Shown: positions 1 to 13,947, counted from the first letter of the whole stretch. The stretch is DNA of 62,661 nucleotides, filler included, from Diploschistes diacapsis (GCA_023645945.1; 17 parts of 17 records of this genome joined end to end with filler, not necessarily neighbours in it); one strand, 5' to 3'. Made by a program: numbers and translations. Notes: generated by a model not told the origin, from the letters alone.

Positions 1-319
1 ATTTAATAATAAAAATAAACGAATATAAATTGATCTCGAGTAATCGTTAAAGATATTTATAAAGATAAATATATCTTGATTTATAGGAACTATAACGCGT
101 TCTTATATAGCCAACTGCTCCTTAATGGAGTAGATTAATAGATAAATAGAACTATCGTTCTCCGTTTTACCTATAGAGGGTAAAATAGCTTCTAAGGCTT
201 TTTACTTATCACGTAATCAGTGTCACCATGATTGGACTATATACAAGGAGTGGCTGGGCTAGGCCCGATCAGCTGTGAAGTGCCAAGTGGACTACCACCT
301 AGTTACTTGGATTGTAACA
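1..319 (-). mobile_element. LTR retroelement end (LTR-like TGTTAC start plus adjacent sequence), RIP-degenerated; homologous to 26802-27135
   Basis: The reverse complement of 221-319 (TGTTACAATCCAAG...GGCACTTCACAGCTGATCGGGC...TATATAG) aligns by eye with 26802-26880. The reverse complement of 1-90 matches 27040-27130 (TATCTTTAACGATTACTCGAGATCAATTTATATTCG). Confidence 0.6.
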
Positions 320-1317
320 AAATACTATTTTTTTATAAATTAATTCTTACGGTTATTTTTCACGACCTTATCTTTTAATAACTATCCATCGGTTAAAAAA
401 AACTAAACGTATTATCAATCGAGATCGCGGAACCCTAAAAAAACAAAATAAAAATACTAAACCTAATATTTAACTATTAAACAATCCCGTAACTATCGCA
501 ATCCGTAAACGACGTCGCGAGCTCTCGTCGGATACCGATGTTATCCAAACAGCGCGTAACGTAAATCGTTAAACGATACGATACGTTCGAAAGAAAGCTT
601 TCGTATATAAGAAAAATGGTAAAACTTTTTACTATCCCGAAATTATATATAAAAATAACGAAAGATATCGGGATCAATTTATTAAAACTTTAAAAAATCG
701 AAAGATAACAAAACGATATAAAACTAAATTATCTAATAATTATTTCTTACGTTCATTTTTCACGGCTAATACACGAGATAGGAGATACAATAAAAGAACG
801 CATTTATCGACAACGTAAAAAATAAAAACAAAATTTTAAGATCAAGGTCACGTCAGAAACCTTAAACGAACAGATCATAAAAGACGATAGTTTAGAAAAG
901 TCCTTAAACTCGTTATCTACCTTGTTTTCCAGTAAAAAAAAGGCCGTGGATCATGAATCCCTTCAAAAACTGGCGATGAACGAGATGACGGATAGGATGC
1001 TTTGGCGCTTTATAGGAGAGGCGGGCATACAGCAGCTAGAAACAGCCCATAAAGAATAAAAAGCCTATAATACGACAGCTAAAGCTCAGAAAGAGATCGC
1101 GGACATAATCTAAAACGATTGTTATTATAAGAAAAATATCTTATAGGATCGTGATCCGGAGTATATTAATTTCTCACGTTTATTTTTCACGACGTATAAT
1201 TAATAATATATGTTTTTAGGCCGTTGCGTACCCATTTCGATTTTTCCGCTTATTAAACAAAAAACGATTAAACCATTTTTAAAAAAAAAGAACGTGGAAT
1301 TAACGCATACTTAATTG

Positions 1318-1417
1318 NNNNNNNNNNNNNNNNNNNNNNNNNNNNNNNNNNNNNNNNNNNNTTAATTAATTAANNNNNNNNNNNNNNNNNNNNNNNNNNN
1401 NNNNNNNNNNNNNNNNN
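1318..1417. other. Artificial contig-joining linker (N44-TTAATTAATTAA-N44); 16 copies starting at 1318, 2735, 23523, 24940, 26357, 27773, 29189, 30605, 32021, 33436, 34851, 36264, 37677, 58423, 59836, 61249
   Basis: The same 100-nt cassette, with stops in all six frames, separates unrelated sequences every time. Confidence 0.98.
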
Positions 1418-2834
1418 TAGATATCATTAGGATCGGGTGGGAGGTTTAGGGAACGGGGGGTTTTGAGGTTGCGCTTGCATAGACTACTGGCAGATTGTTG
1501 TTGACTGTATGTTTGTTCTGAGCGAGCGAGCGGGTCGGCTTTGGCTTTGGCTTGGGGCATATTATCAGTGCAGCGAATGTTCTTTTTGTTTTGAATAAGT
1601 AGTCTACAGAACCGTATCTCCTTTTGATGCACTTACCTAATGCCTTAACGTCGCTGAGTAAAAACCAAAACGAATTGCTCCGCCATCATTCGCCTAGTAG
1701 GTAACGGTAGTCTAGCTTGGAAGTGACCATCCACAAGGCTGAAGAACTTCTGGGCCACTCGCGCCACGCCCGATCGGGTATAGAGGAGATTGTAAATATA
1801 GCAAAGCTGAAAAGGAAACAACAAACGCCCCCAAATACTTCCCTTACAAGTCATGTTGTATAACGTCTTTCTGACTAGCGATAACAGAGGGGATGGAGCG
1901 AGGTGAGATGATGGCACGCCTGACATCGATTGTGCCTAAGAATTTATGGAGAGCTATAATGCTGGAAGCCTTCGGCGTAAACAGGACCAAAGGCCCAACT
2001 ACAGGTGTAGGTAAGTTGTTTGTGGAAGGGTCCAGGCTTATAGGCGTCCATGGGGCTTGCAGGGCTGGAAGATACTTTGTAAGGTGAAAGTTCGGTGCCC
2101 AGGTTCGACGGTGACAGGGCAGGTCTAAGCAGGCGCAGTAGTGTGCTTTGAGAAACGATGCTGTTATGTAGGTAGGTACTTGCCTTTCGGCTTGTGGATG
2201 GAGGTGTCCTTCAACAAGGTATGCACCGAGGAAGCACACATCCAGATTGAAGTTGCGTTACTCTGTTTGAAGAAGGGCTCATACACGGTCGCGGTACCTT
2301 TACTTGCTTCTTCAAAAGTGCAGAAAGTACGAGCAATATTTGCGTGCATACTTCTTGGTACCCGGACAATGAGTACTGTTACGATCTGACATGCAGCGCA
2401 GCGCACGTTTTCTTGTCTGGGCCTTGCTTAGTAGAGATCTAACCTGCAACACATGTACTTCTTGCGTTCTCCCTCCCTGCTTTCTTCCTTTCGATCCTGC
2501 CGCGACTCTGCTTCTGTGCTTGCGTTTCGCTTGTGTCGTTCAGTGGGTTTCTCTTTGGAGTGCTTCTACATATCGAATTGTCCTATGCTGGGTAACGATC
2601 TTCCCTTTTGGGCTTCCCCGTTTTCTTGCTCTTTTCCTTTTCTCTCCTCAATCCTTTTCACAACCCAAACGAGATGATCCTCGACTTTTCCCCTAACGAA
2701 GAAACCTCCCTCCCCTACCGCATCCCCCTCAACCNNNNNNNNNNNNNNNNNNNNNNNNNNNNNNNNNNNNNNNNNNNNTTAATTAATTAANNNNNNNNNN
2801 NNNNNNNNNNNNNNNNNNNNNNNNNNNNNNNNNN

Positions 2835-5800
2835 GATGTGGCGCGGCGTGAGTTCGCCTTCTTCTTCTTCTTCTTCTTCTTCTTCTTCTTCTTCTTCTTC
2901 TTCTTCTTCTTCTTCTTCTTCTTCTTCTTCTTCTTCTCCCTCTTCTTCTTCTTCTTCTTCTTCCTCCTCCTCTACCTCTTCGTCCTCGGGCGCGGGCGGA
3001 GGAAGAGGATAAAGCGCGGCGGATGCATGGATTTCGGTTGAAGAGGTGCGCGAGGTGTCGATGTCTCGGGGCCGGGGTTTGAGGGTTGTCGGTTTCTCTC
3101 TGTCGCTTGTAGCTTCGGAGTCCGTGAGGCCTTCACGGTGCTGAACGGCAACGGTATCGGCGTCTTCGCTCGCAGATGGATCATCTGCACCGTCCGACGA
3201 GGGAAGCCACCTTTCCGGGCTGATGCCGGGGATGGGCGGCGTCCGTGCTCCTGGGCCCGGAGCTGGCGTCGGGCGTAGTCTAGGCGAGCGGGGGGAACCA
3301 AAGGGATTGATCTTGGCGCGCACACTGATGGAGCGCCTTCGAGGCCCATCGACGCCAGACACAGTGACGGGAACGAAGCCGAGATCAGAAGCCTGCTGAC
3401 CGGATCTCCTCCGCCCCTGGTGGTACCGGACCGTATCCGAAACTCTACGCCGGCGCTTGAGCTCCGGCATCTGCTGCCGCATATACCTCTCCAGACTCTC
3501 GCAAAGTCGATCAAGAACCCACTCCGCCTCGCTTTGGTCGGCCATCATGGGACTATCCTCGCCGATCCAGTCCCAGTCTATAATTCCTTCGTCCGCCTCC
3601 TCCTCGTCGAGCATATGCGTGACGGAGCGCTTGTGGGTCCTGTTGAGTTTGGTGAATCGGATTAGACGCGTGAACTCTACCCACTCTTCGTAGGTATAGT
3701 GCCTGTAGTTGCCGTGCTTCAAGTCATTGGCAGTTGCGCGGATGGAGGCGGTTAATTTGTGCGCGAGATCGTGCTCGTCCAAGTGCTCCTCCGCCAATTC
3801 TCCGAGGGTCATACCCTGCCCCGGGGTTCCATTCCCTTCATCCTCTTCGTCCTCGGGGCCAACAGGGAAACCCTTTTCCAGCCTGCTCTTTTGCTTGCCC
3901 TGCTCAATCCAAGCTTCGAGCCAGCCGAAGACGCGGGGGTGTTTCCCGAAGACATGCCGAACGTACCCGCGCTTTGGCAGGACGGTAAGGTCGGCAAGGC
4001 TGAATGTACCTTGCTTATAGGCTGCGACGATGGTGTCGCCCATGGTGGAGATGAGGATGGTCATGGTGGGAATGGCGCAGAGAGACCAAACGATGAAGAA
4101 GGGCTTTCCGACGTTGGACCTGGGCGCGAGGTCGCCGTAGCCGACTGTGAGAAGGGAGACGTAGCAGAAGTAGAGAGACTGAAAGTAGGTATTGCCTTCG
4201 GCAAGCGAAAAGATCCAGGCACCGAGGCACCAGACGATGAGGACTATATGTTCGTCAGCATAGGCATGCATGTGTACGGGTACCGGATGACTCACAAGCT
4301 AGCAACGCCATGGAGAGACCAAGGTATTTCTTGAACTTCTTGTTGTTGTGTTGAATCTTTCTCATGGCGTTGAAACGGTCTCGCTCGTTGCGCAGCAGAT
4401 TGAGCTTGGTATTCTTGGATGTGACTTTACGTAACGTCCCCGTTCGTTGAATGCCTCGTGATACGGCGATATGATGAGCATGACGAACCGGGTAGGTTAC
4501 CCTGTCGGAGATGGACGAGGCCCATGACAAGGTACTTTTGGGCGATACAGGACTCTTGGCATACGCGGATCTGAAGCTCTTGGAGCTTTTCACGCTGCGA
4601 AGATCGGGAGTCTCGGGTGGCTCAAAGGCAATGGTTCGTTTCATCGGGTTGAAGGGTGCTGAGATCTCAGGCCGCACTCCAGATTTATTCTTCGTGTGGA
4701 ATGTTTCGAGTGCGTATCGCTCCTCCGCCCCCTGCGAGGGTGTGATAGTCTTTGAAATCGTCTTTAGTCGCCGGTTGTCTAGGTGCTTTCTCACAACCTT
4801 ATCGTGACCGAGCTGCTGGGCAAATTTGGCAATACTGCTGACCACTAGACCTAGAATGATGATGCCACCGACAGCATAGGGAAGGGTAAGACCTCGACCC
4901 ATGTCGTTGCTAGGGAAGAAATCTCCAAACCCGACGGTCAGTATGGTGACGTCCGAAAAGTACAGGGCTGGTGACTTATCAGGCCGAGCAGTTAGATGAA
5001 GAGGATTTTGTACGTACCGTCGGCATAACTCCAGTCGCAAAGATTGGAGAAGATGCCACCGCCTGCCGCAAGCCAGAAGAACAGTATCATCTGGAGGAAG
5101 CCGTAAGTAGAGTACCAAAGAGTCGTAAAGACTGTCTGTTACCGTCTGCAAAATCAGATTCCGCTGTTCATCATCTAACTCAAAGTGCTGGGGGTAGTGC
5201 CCCAAAACATATCCAAGCATATTTACCAGTAACATAAACGAACACAGAAGATACAGAACCGAGGCCATGACAGCATGCCAGTAACCTTGCGAGTAAAGCC
5301 CGTGTGTCGGATCCGGCGGCGCATAGAGGTGTATGCATATTGTAATGGCCATGAGAGTGCCGGACGCAATGAACCAGAGGACAATGGTCATAGGGAGGGC
5401 TACGATGTAACGGACGGCGCGAGTGAAGTTGAAGAGAAGGAAGAAATTGCCAAGGAAGCCGCAGGCAAGTGACAGGGCGTTGAGAGCGATGCACCATGAC
5501 GGATCCTGGTAGGGTACAGCATCCTCGGCCACACCTGGCGCAGCTTCGCTGTAATTCTCTCGCCAATACACGACGAGGGCGGCGATGGAGAGGACGTTGG
5601 CCATGGGGCCTAGAGTGGCGGCGAGAAGAGGGATAGCCGTGGAGGCGAACCACCAGTCCCTGGGTACATTCAGCATATGTCCTGGCCGCAAGCCTAGTAG
5701 GATATCAAGCCTCACTCAAACTCGTCATCCTCCGGCGGCCGTAAGCGGAATTTCCACCATTCCCGCGCTTGCGATACTGTCTTCTCCGAAGTGCCGTCCC

Positions 5801-6008
5801 CTCCAAGCCCGCCGCCGTTGCTGTCGTCATACTCCCCTTCCTCGTCTGCTACCGTTGACGCTCGGTTTAGCGGGTCGATCTCAAAGTCCTCCTTCTTCTC
5901 TTTGCCAATACCGCTGTCACTATTGAGCAGGGCATCTTGGAAGAGTGAGCCTCTGGCAGTGGTGGCGCTGTCTGGAATCTCGTTGTTGGACGACTCGGAG
6001 TCGGGCAT
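2835..6008 (-). CDS. TOK1: Outward-rectifier two-pore-domain potassium channel, TOK1-like; multi-exon, 3' end truncated at the contig end
   Basis: Two pore-loop signatures (TILTVGFGD and SLLTVGYGD), the N-terminal DWWFASTAIPLLAATLGPMANVLSIAALV motif and multiple TM helices. GT..AG introns join ORFs 5712-6107, 4255-5715 and 2787-4295. ATG at 6008 (MPDSESS). Confidence 0.92.
2858..2972 (-). repeat. (GAA)n trinucleotide microsatellite encoding poly-Glu in the K+ channel C-terminal tail
   Basis: More than 30 CTT units on the + strand, in frame as EEEE... in ORF 2787-4295. Confidence 0.95.
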
Positions 6009-7330
6009 GATAGGCTGCGCTGCAGATATTATTGTAGAAAATCTTTCATTGCGGAAGGGGTGAAAGGCAGCAGCATGGAGTATATCCCATCTAGAGATAC
6101 ACTTCAAGAACTACTTGGCGATTACGATAACGTTATGGGGAAAGCTACAGATTAATTTAGGGAGGGAATGGCTTGTATGGAGGATGGTGTGTGGGGAGGT
6201 TAAGATGCCAGTGGACGAGGCCGGGGATGCCAACCATCTAAGGCGCTGTGGAGATAACATCACCAACACCACTTGATCTTTGTTTGCCCAATAGTGGCTT
6301 TCTTAATTTATACTTTCTCCCTGCCAGCACCTCAATCCCAGATCAATATCTGTTGTACTCTTCCAAACTCGATAGAAAGCTCGGCCATACTAGTAGATCC
6401 CCCATAACGTGTTTCACCACGAAACGGATCACCCCACGAAGCGGAACACAATCCCTGCACCTTCGTAAAGTGTATTTCTTAAAGGCCGAAGAACGGGGTA
6501 GTGTGGTTGAGAACAGATTTAGCTTCGTGCAAATATGGAAGCGCTCGATCTAGCGCAATTATATTATAATATAGTGTTCCGCTTTGTGGTGTGTTCCGTT
6601 GTTGTGGTGAAACACGTTACGGCAACTGTTAGCAAAACTCTTTCTTCCTCCTCCTTCCCCTTCCCCTTCTCCATAAAACCTACAAGCTCGTCCAATAGAA
6701 TTGTTAGTAAGCAAGTGATAATAGTACCACCAACACCACTTTGCAAACCTCTTTTGGAGAGAAACGCTTTTACAAATACTATGTGTTAAATTAAAAAATA
6801 AAAAAAGAAGCAATAAACAACATAATGCCGCTTTTGTTTCCACATTAAAGCCGCTCCCATCCGTTGCGGTCACTTCGGTAAGGCCTGTCTACCCAGCCGC
6901 AAGCCGCAAAGTATCTACCATCTGTTTACAAAGAATGCTACAATATCGTATCAGTTAATAACAATTGCAGTTCAGTTAGCATGGGCCAATACCAAAGCCA
7001 GAGTAACAATTCGTTTCGAAAACGAGGACCGTAATTACATTAGACATTCAACGACCCAACTCGTAGCCTGCACTCTACAGAAAGTATCTACAAGGACAGC
7101 GCCTTACCAAAGCGCTCCGCCTAGGCTCCCGCTGTGCGCTCTGTCTAGCACCACAAGCTCTCCCTCCCCCGTGTCCCATGTGTGTGTCTCTCTAATCTCT
7201 ATCGTGATATGTGCACTGATGTCTAGTATTTCTTTTAAACCGGTGTCCTTGCGTAGCGTAGCGCAGAAACAACGACCTTGTTCTGCATTCGTGGGGGTGA
7301 TTATCCCTTTTGGGGGGGCATCGTGTCGTT

Positions 7331-10300
7331 TCAAGGCCGCTTCTTCGAACGGGCGTCGTCCACGACATCGCTCGTCCCCTCGAGCATCTGCTTGATCTTC
7401 GCCAGGCTGAGGCCGGCGCTGGAGAGCTGCACCACCACCAGCCAGACGCAGATCAAGTTTGCCAGGTGATGGAGCTGATAGGCGTAGGTGACGCCGTAGA
7501 GGGCTGCGTAGACCGCGAGGGTAAAGAATAGAATGTTGGTGATGTGTCGGAATCTGGGATGTTGTTAGCATGCCCAGCATGGATCGGCCTGGTTGAAGGC
7601 GTTCACATACTTTGACTGGACTCTCGGTATCATAGTCCCGCCCGTCAAAGATTCGACGAGCAGAACGAAGGGCATTATTGACAAAACATTATGATGCGAC
7701 GAAAACGGCGTAAGCCAGTGCACCGCCAGGTTATGGACCCAGACGACAAGCACGGGGATGTTGATGGGCAGAACCCAAAGCATTAGCACGAGAACTGAAT
7801 GTGTATAGTTGAAGAAGTTGCAGGTCGAAGTTGAGCGCTGCAGGATTGTTAGCACCGGAACAATAAGTAGCACCAGGCTGCACTGACCGCTTCCTGAGCC
7901 GCTCGCAACGCCCTGGCGTCGGTAATTAATTGTACAACGCAGGCAACTATGTACGCGAACTGATAAGGTATGGCCGTCGAAATCATGAAGAACAAAAGTA
8001 GGGTAATGACGAGGCGCCGTCGTGGTGAAGCACCAGAGAACGTGTAGCCCGCACCTCGTCTGTCCAGCCGTTAGCAAGCGGAAGATAACGGTGCGCAAGC
8101 TCCCACCTTTGGTACTTCCCTTGAAGCAACGACGGCGCAGACACTACAAGAGAGTAGAAAAGACTGAAGACTTGGACAATAGCGAGGGCAGCATAATTCA
8201 CTAATACGCAAGCACCTGCGCCCACCAGCCCAAATAGGGGTATCAAAAACCAAAAGAATGGATCCTGCGAACCAAGTAGTAAATCATTCTTGGTGTAGTC
8301 AACAGCTGACTCTGTCGCATTGCCCCCCCGCGGCAGGAATCCGTTGGAGGACGGCGTGGCCGAGCTGGCCAAAGAAATGGAGAAGACTGTCATCGCAAGG
8401 AGCAAGACGGGCAGCGAGGTACGTAGGCAGAGATCGAGGGATTCTGCAAAGGTGATGAATATTCCTACAAAAAGAGGTGAGCGAACTGGCAAACTGACAA
8501 CGGTCTGGGGGTTCTTCCTCACCAGTCTGGTCATGAATGACAAATTGCTTTCGAAGTACCAGAGCAATGACAACCAGTGGCACAGCTGGAAACACCGTTC
8601 TGTACCTCATCACAAGCTTTCCAAGGCTACCCAGAATATCGATGCGCATCGAAAGATGCATCGAGGTTCCGCAACTTGGGTCCGACCACATCTGCAGCGA
8701 AAGACCATCGTTACGTGACACACTTCTTAGAGGTGGCGGCATAAAGGGAGAGACACCGTGCAGGTTGATGTCTGCTTCTTTGATGTTGACGAAGTACTTT
8801 GACTCGTAAGGTTGCGAGATGTACTGTCGTGCAAAGGGAGCGAACAATGCGCCATCCGAGCATACTTGTACGCCAACACGTAATTTGTAGACGAGAAGAC
8901 TCGAGTGGACCGCCGGGATTTTGATGTCAGTCATCAGAGGCCTGTCGGCTGGGAGATTCAAATACAGGCCGGTGGTGAGAACTTGGATTAGACCGGCTTG
9001 GGTTTGGATTTGGGAGTGGCCGTTGTCACTAAACTCTGCAACAAGCCAACCGTCGACGGGGGCGGGGTTCTTGTCAACTACGGCGACAAACTGATACTCT
9101 GCAATATCATCCACGTCATATTGAAGGTACGAGAACGGCTGGGCGTCCTCGAAGGCGTAAGAAGATGAAGCGGTGGAAGCCGGCAGTTGGATGGTATCGG
9201 AATTGGCAGACTTGCAAGCCAACCTCGTCGAGCCAGAGCTCGATTCAGACAAATCCATGTCCATGGAGAAGAGTGACACCGACTGGCCCGAGTGGAGGGG
9301 GAAGACGCTACAGAAAAGCACGTCAAGACTGCTGTCGGCGCTGGGCGTATCCAGCGGCTGGTTACTTATGAATGTGAATTTTTTCTGTGGCGGAATATCC
9401 TGCGACTGTGGTACGGGCAGGAGGTATGTCCTGAGCTTGCCGAGCTGACCCAACCGATGGAGAACAAGCCTGTCGCCTGTCGCAAGAATGGTATTCGAAG
9501 TATCCTCCAGGGTCAGCAGCGTTGAAGGCTCCTTGCTCGGAAGCGTCTTCTCTGTAATGCTCTCCATGCCTGTCAGAAGCCATTTCTTGAAGTACCGCAT
9601 GCGCTCCGCTCTCGGCTTAGTTTGGCTAGATCTTCGAACATCCACGACATCGAAAAGTGCCCTCACGACCTTCTTGCGGAGCTGATCACACCAGAGGATA
9701 GAGAGATGGTCGGAGCCGGTCCATACGCCAGGAACTGTAGAAGTGAAGACGGTGAAGCCGTGAGTGTCCGGCACAAGAGAGGCTAGGCTGGCGTAATCCG
9801 ACGGCACGACGGTATCGAGTCCGCCTCCGGCGATCGAAACGAGCGTAACATGCCACAAAGGATTGTCGTTGGCCCATTTCTGCGAGTAAGCCTGGCGCCA
9901 ATAGCCATTAATCTTTTGATATGTGCTGATGATGTCCGCATCAAAAGACACAGGAGGTCGGGCATGGGGCGTTGATAATGTGACGATGGTGTTGACGGAG
10001 TTGGCTTGATAGTTGGACACGGTGAGCATAGTCCGAGCGACAATGCCTCCCATCGAATGGCCAACGATGACAACGGAGGTGGGATCCGGCAGACCCGGGT
10101 CCTTTCTTTGGCGCTGAGGATCATGGTAAAGCGAGAGTATGTAGGAGATGGCATCGTTCAGATATTCAGCCTGATCGAGCAGTGTCTGGCCGTGAAAAGC
10201 GGTAATGTCTTCGTTGAAATCGGCGGTGAAGAAGTCCAAATCCCTCACGCCGGACCTGATGGCCGTCTCATCGGTTTGTAGGTGCTCCGCAAAGTAGTGA

Positions 10301-10993
10301 GCCGCTTCCGCTGCAATGGCACGAACTTGTTTGTGACTGCCGGCGTTCCCGGTGATGAATAGCACAGGGACGCCACGGACCTGGGTCCGTTAGCCTTGAT
10401 ATGAGGAGCAGTTCAGCTGATACTACCGTCATGTCCTCATTGATTCCACCCTCGCGATAGAGATGCAGTGAGTACTTGCTCGCGAATCTCGTATGCTCCG
10501 TATCGAACCCGTCAAACTTCCCAAACACCGGCCTCATCAAACAGTTTTTGCAACCCTTTGGGTCCAGCTGTCGGGTGAAAAAGGAACTGACGATGGACAA
10601 GAGGAGGATTATCGATGTCGCGGTCGTCGTGAGGGTCAGCAGCGAACACTTCCACGGGCTCCGAAGCCTCGGACGACGCCATTCTGCAAAGTCCATGGCT
10701 TCCGCCCCGCTCTTTGCAGCGGAATCGCCCTGAACCGTTGTTGTACCCAGCTTTTTCTCTAAATCACTGCCATGAGCCCCACCACTCGATGCAGCCCATT
10801 GCAACGAATTCACCTGGTTCGGGGGCAGCGCTTTCTCGATCTTCCTTCTGTCGAGTGTATCCGAATCTCTGGATGTATCGAACTTGCCGGCTATGAAAGG
10901 ATCCTGCTCGCTATCTCGAGAATGAGGACCAGTCGCATGGGTGCGAGACTCTAGTTCGTCCTCGTCAGTCGAACCAGAGACCCTTCTTAGCAT
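7331..10993 (-). CDS. BST1: GPI inositol-deacylase (PGAP1/Bst1), multi-exon
   Basis: LFITGNAGSHKQVR and GHSMGG lipase motif, DFFTADFNED, N-terminal TM, C-terminal multi-TM region (NFFNYTHSVLVLMLWVLPINIPVLVVWVHNLAVHWLTPFSSHHN). Last exon reads ...RHITNILFFTLAVYAALYGV...SKKRP*, with the stop at 7331-7333. Confidence 0.95.
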
Positions 10994-11820
10994 TGAAGTT
11001 AGGGGGGTGATGCTGTCGACATGGGCTTGGCGGGAAAGAGCTGTAGGAAAGAGCTATGCGAAACGAGTGGACGTGCCAAGCAACGTTGCGAGAGAAGATA
11101 CAGAAAACAGAAAACAGAAAACGGAAAGGGTCAGTCAGACGCCCAGTTCGCACCCAGAGAGGGAAAGACAGAAAGCTTAGTTCAACGTTCAAGTTCAACG
11201 GGTGGCTGGCTGGCTGGCTGGCTGACGTGGTTGAAGAGTATGATAGTGGAGACAGACACGGAGGGTTTACCGAAGCAAAGGCAAAGGGGTGGGGGATTGG
11301 CGCGCTTCGGCTATAAGCAATAACGCCAGAGATAAGCGGGTTTTCCCCCTTTCCAGCCATTTAAGCTTTTGCCCGATACTTGCATATTATTGTTTGTTCA
11401 CGCGCCCCAAGGCCAAAAGCCGACTGCTTCGGTTCGCCCATCTCTACCCCTGGGACAGTGTACCTAGTTTACTCCGCACTCTGGAAAAGCCCCCAGCTTG
11501 TATTGAAGGACACGGATTAAGCTACGATACTTGCAAGGGTACTTCCAGGTTTATTAGAATTGCGAGATAACAATCAAACATCATTCGATTCACCGTAGCT
11601 TCACGTGGGTGGTCAATCTAGCCAAGCATTATAGGAGAATGAAGCGAGCCACATTTAGTCTCGAGATGGATGTAATCTAGACCTTAGGTGCGCATTTGCA
11701 GCCGTGACATGACGGACGACGTCAGCCAGCCGGCATTGCCACAGCATTTCTAAAGAGCACACCCAGTTGTAGTTTGTAGAGGAATTTATATATACATTGC
11801 TCTGTATCCGTCGTAGCTGC

Positions 11821-13021
11821 TTACCACTTGATGACTTTATTGGGAAAGAACTCGTCAATAAGTTCCAGATAGTACGGCTAGGAGTTCCGTCAGCGACAAG
11901 AGGCCAAGCTATGAGTAAATTCTACCTTGAGCTCTTCCACCGATGGTACCGCGTCGTCCTTCGAATAGAGGTCGTAGGGGTTGAACGCTTGCACTGCGGC
12001 CAGCATCTTCTTGTCCTTTTCGTTCATAAATTGGGTATATGCTCCTTCGCTGTGCCACGGGTAGAAGCTGTGGTATCTGATCATGGCTAGAGCCTCTTCT
12101 GGAAGCGTTGATTGTTCTTTGACAACACTGAGTGGAACTGATAAGCCATAATGCTCTTTAGCAGGATTAGGTCGTCGCGGTGACGCAGTGGTGGGATATC
12201 AAGAACGGACTTGAAGTAGTCACCGGCATAAAGATATGAAAAGGAGTGTACGGTAACATAAGGACCAAAAGGGAAGCGAAAGAGAAACAGCGGGCAAGGA
12301 GGGCAGCAAAGCGCAACAGAAGATCTTGTACACACTGATAAAGATACTCATCGTGTCCCCAGGATAGCATTACATTCTCCATGCCACAGCCGGGGGAGTA
12401 AATGCCATTGGGCGTGGCGTAGATGGGTTCGCAGGAGTCTGGATTGCCCTCGAACGTTTTGGGCAGGATGATCCCCTTATCAAAGCCGCATCCAACTGGA
12501 AATGTGTCTCCCACGACGGACCACTGCCCTGGAGCATCGAAGAAGAAGAGTAACTTCCCCAGATCATGGATAAGCCCGGTCAGCTGAAACCATCGAGGCT
12601 TGCCATCCCTTCTGATAGCCTCGGCAGACTGGAGCAGGTGCTCAATCTGGCTTAACGAGGTATCGGGATCAGACTCGTCGATGAGTGTGTTCAGCTTCTC
12701 CATTGCCTCCCAGACAGTCATCTCAGCCCTAGTCTTAGATTTGAAGTCGTTCCGTGCTTTCAGATTGTATGCAACTGTCTGCTTCTCATGTTGCTCTTTA
12801 TAGAAGGCCTTGACTCTATCCGTTGATTCCTTGTATTGCCTGAACTTGGTCTTGTCCTTGTCGACATCGAATTTCGACGCTTCATAGATACCTCTCTCGG
12901 CCTTGATCCGTGCCTTGAGCACATTCACTTCGTCGATGGCATCAGAGATCTCCTCCAACGCCAGTCCGCTTCGGTCAGGGTGTAGAGAGCGTGCTTCTTC
13001 AACTATGGGAGCTGGAGCCAT
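11821..13021 (-). CDS. MIOX: Myo-inositol oxygenase, 3 exons (introns 12128-12335 and ~11880-11926)
   Basis: Diiron motifs [61 protein letters not shown]. Ends [18 protein letters not shown]. Confidence 0.95.
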
Positions 13022-13947
13022 AGCAAACTTCCCCGCGCTTGAACACGGCAAAACAAAAGTTAGGCAAACTAAGAATGGCAGCGAGGCACGATTACATTAA
13101 ATCAATTCCAATTCGGTAAAGCCCGGATAGGCCCGGTTCAGGTGGGCCAGGGCTGCAGGACGACGTTAGTTTGAAAGCCATATTCAGTCTCAAATATCAA
13201 AACGAGATCTTCGCATTCTATTCTAGTGCGCGCTGTATGGCAATAACCTGGACGCCCCGAGGTATTTCTAAGGAACCAGATACCATTGCCATCAGTCCAG
13301 TCCAGGCTGCCATGTAGGGAAAGTCAAGTTTGCTGCCATTGAACCTATTTGATTACGCTCAAATGGCTAAGGGGCCTGCAGAGTCCTATTATGATCCAAA
13401 AATACTAACTTGTACGAGACTGGGCGGACTCATCTCATACAGCCTTTCTCGGCGTACAATTGTTAGCATGTCGCACCTGTTTTTCTGGGGGACTGCGGCA
13501 AAAATAGGAATTAGTCAGCTTAAAGTTGGACGATACCCACGTACTAGGTATCTACTCGGTAGAGGTTATGGAGCAAAACGGTGTTGGATACTGAGCCCAG
13601 CAGTCCAGCCATTTAATACCATTATATCTACTATTAAAGGTATTTTTGCAAGTTCGGCTTCCATCACTCACAACTAATCAGACCTCGGAATATTTCCAAT
13701 CCATGCTTTTGGTTGGCTCCAAGTGTTATGTATCATGGTGTTTATCCTGCTTTGGCGACTACTCTGCAAAATTTACCCAAAATAACAGCCTAGAAACCTC
13801 GCTCTATGAGGACGGTACAGCTAATCACCTTCGCTTGCTTCCGGTGTACTGAGATCTCTTGCAAACGTTCATCCAATCAGATGCCAATTCTCTCAGCCAA
13901 AGAAACTCCAAACGTGACAATGCGAAACAGTAGCGGCTGGCGGTACT

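Noticed and set aside
1418..2734. Possible gene in a normal-GC small contig (also 27873-28700)
   Set aside because: Only stop-interrupted fragments with no recognisable motif; no product call is supportable.
12128..12335. TPP riboswitch or stwintron in the long MIOX intron
   Set aside because: No TPP aptamer core was seen, and removing a putative inner intron does not regenerate a valid donor.
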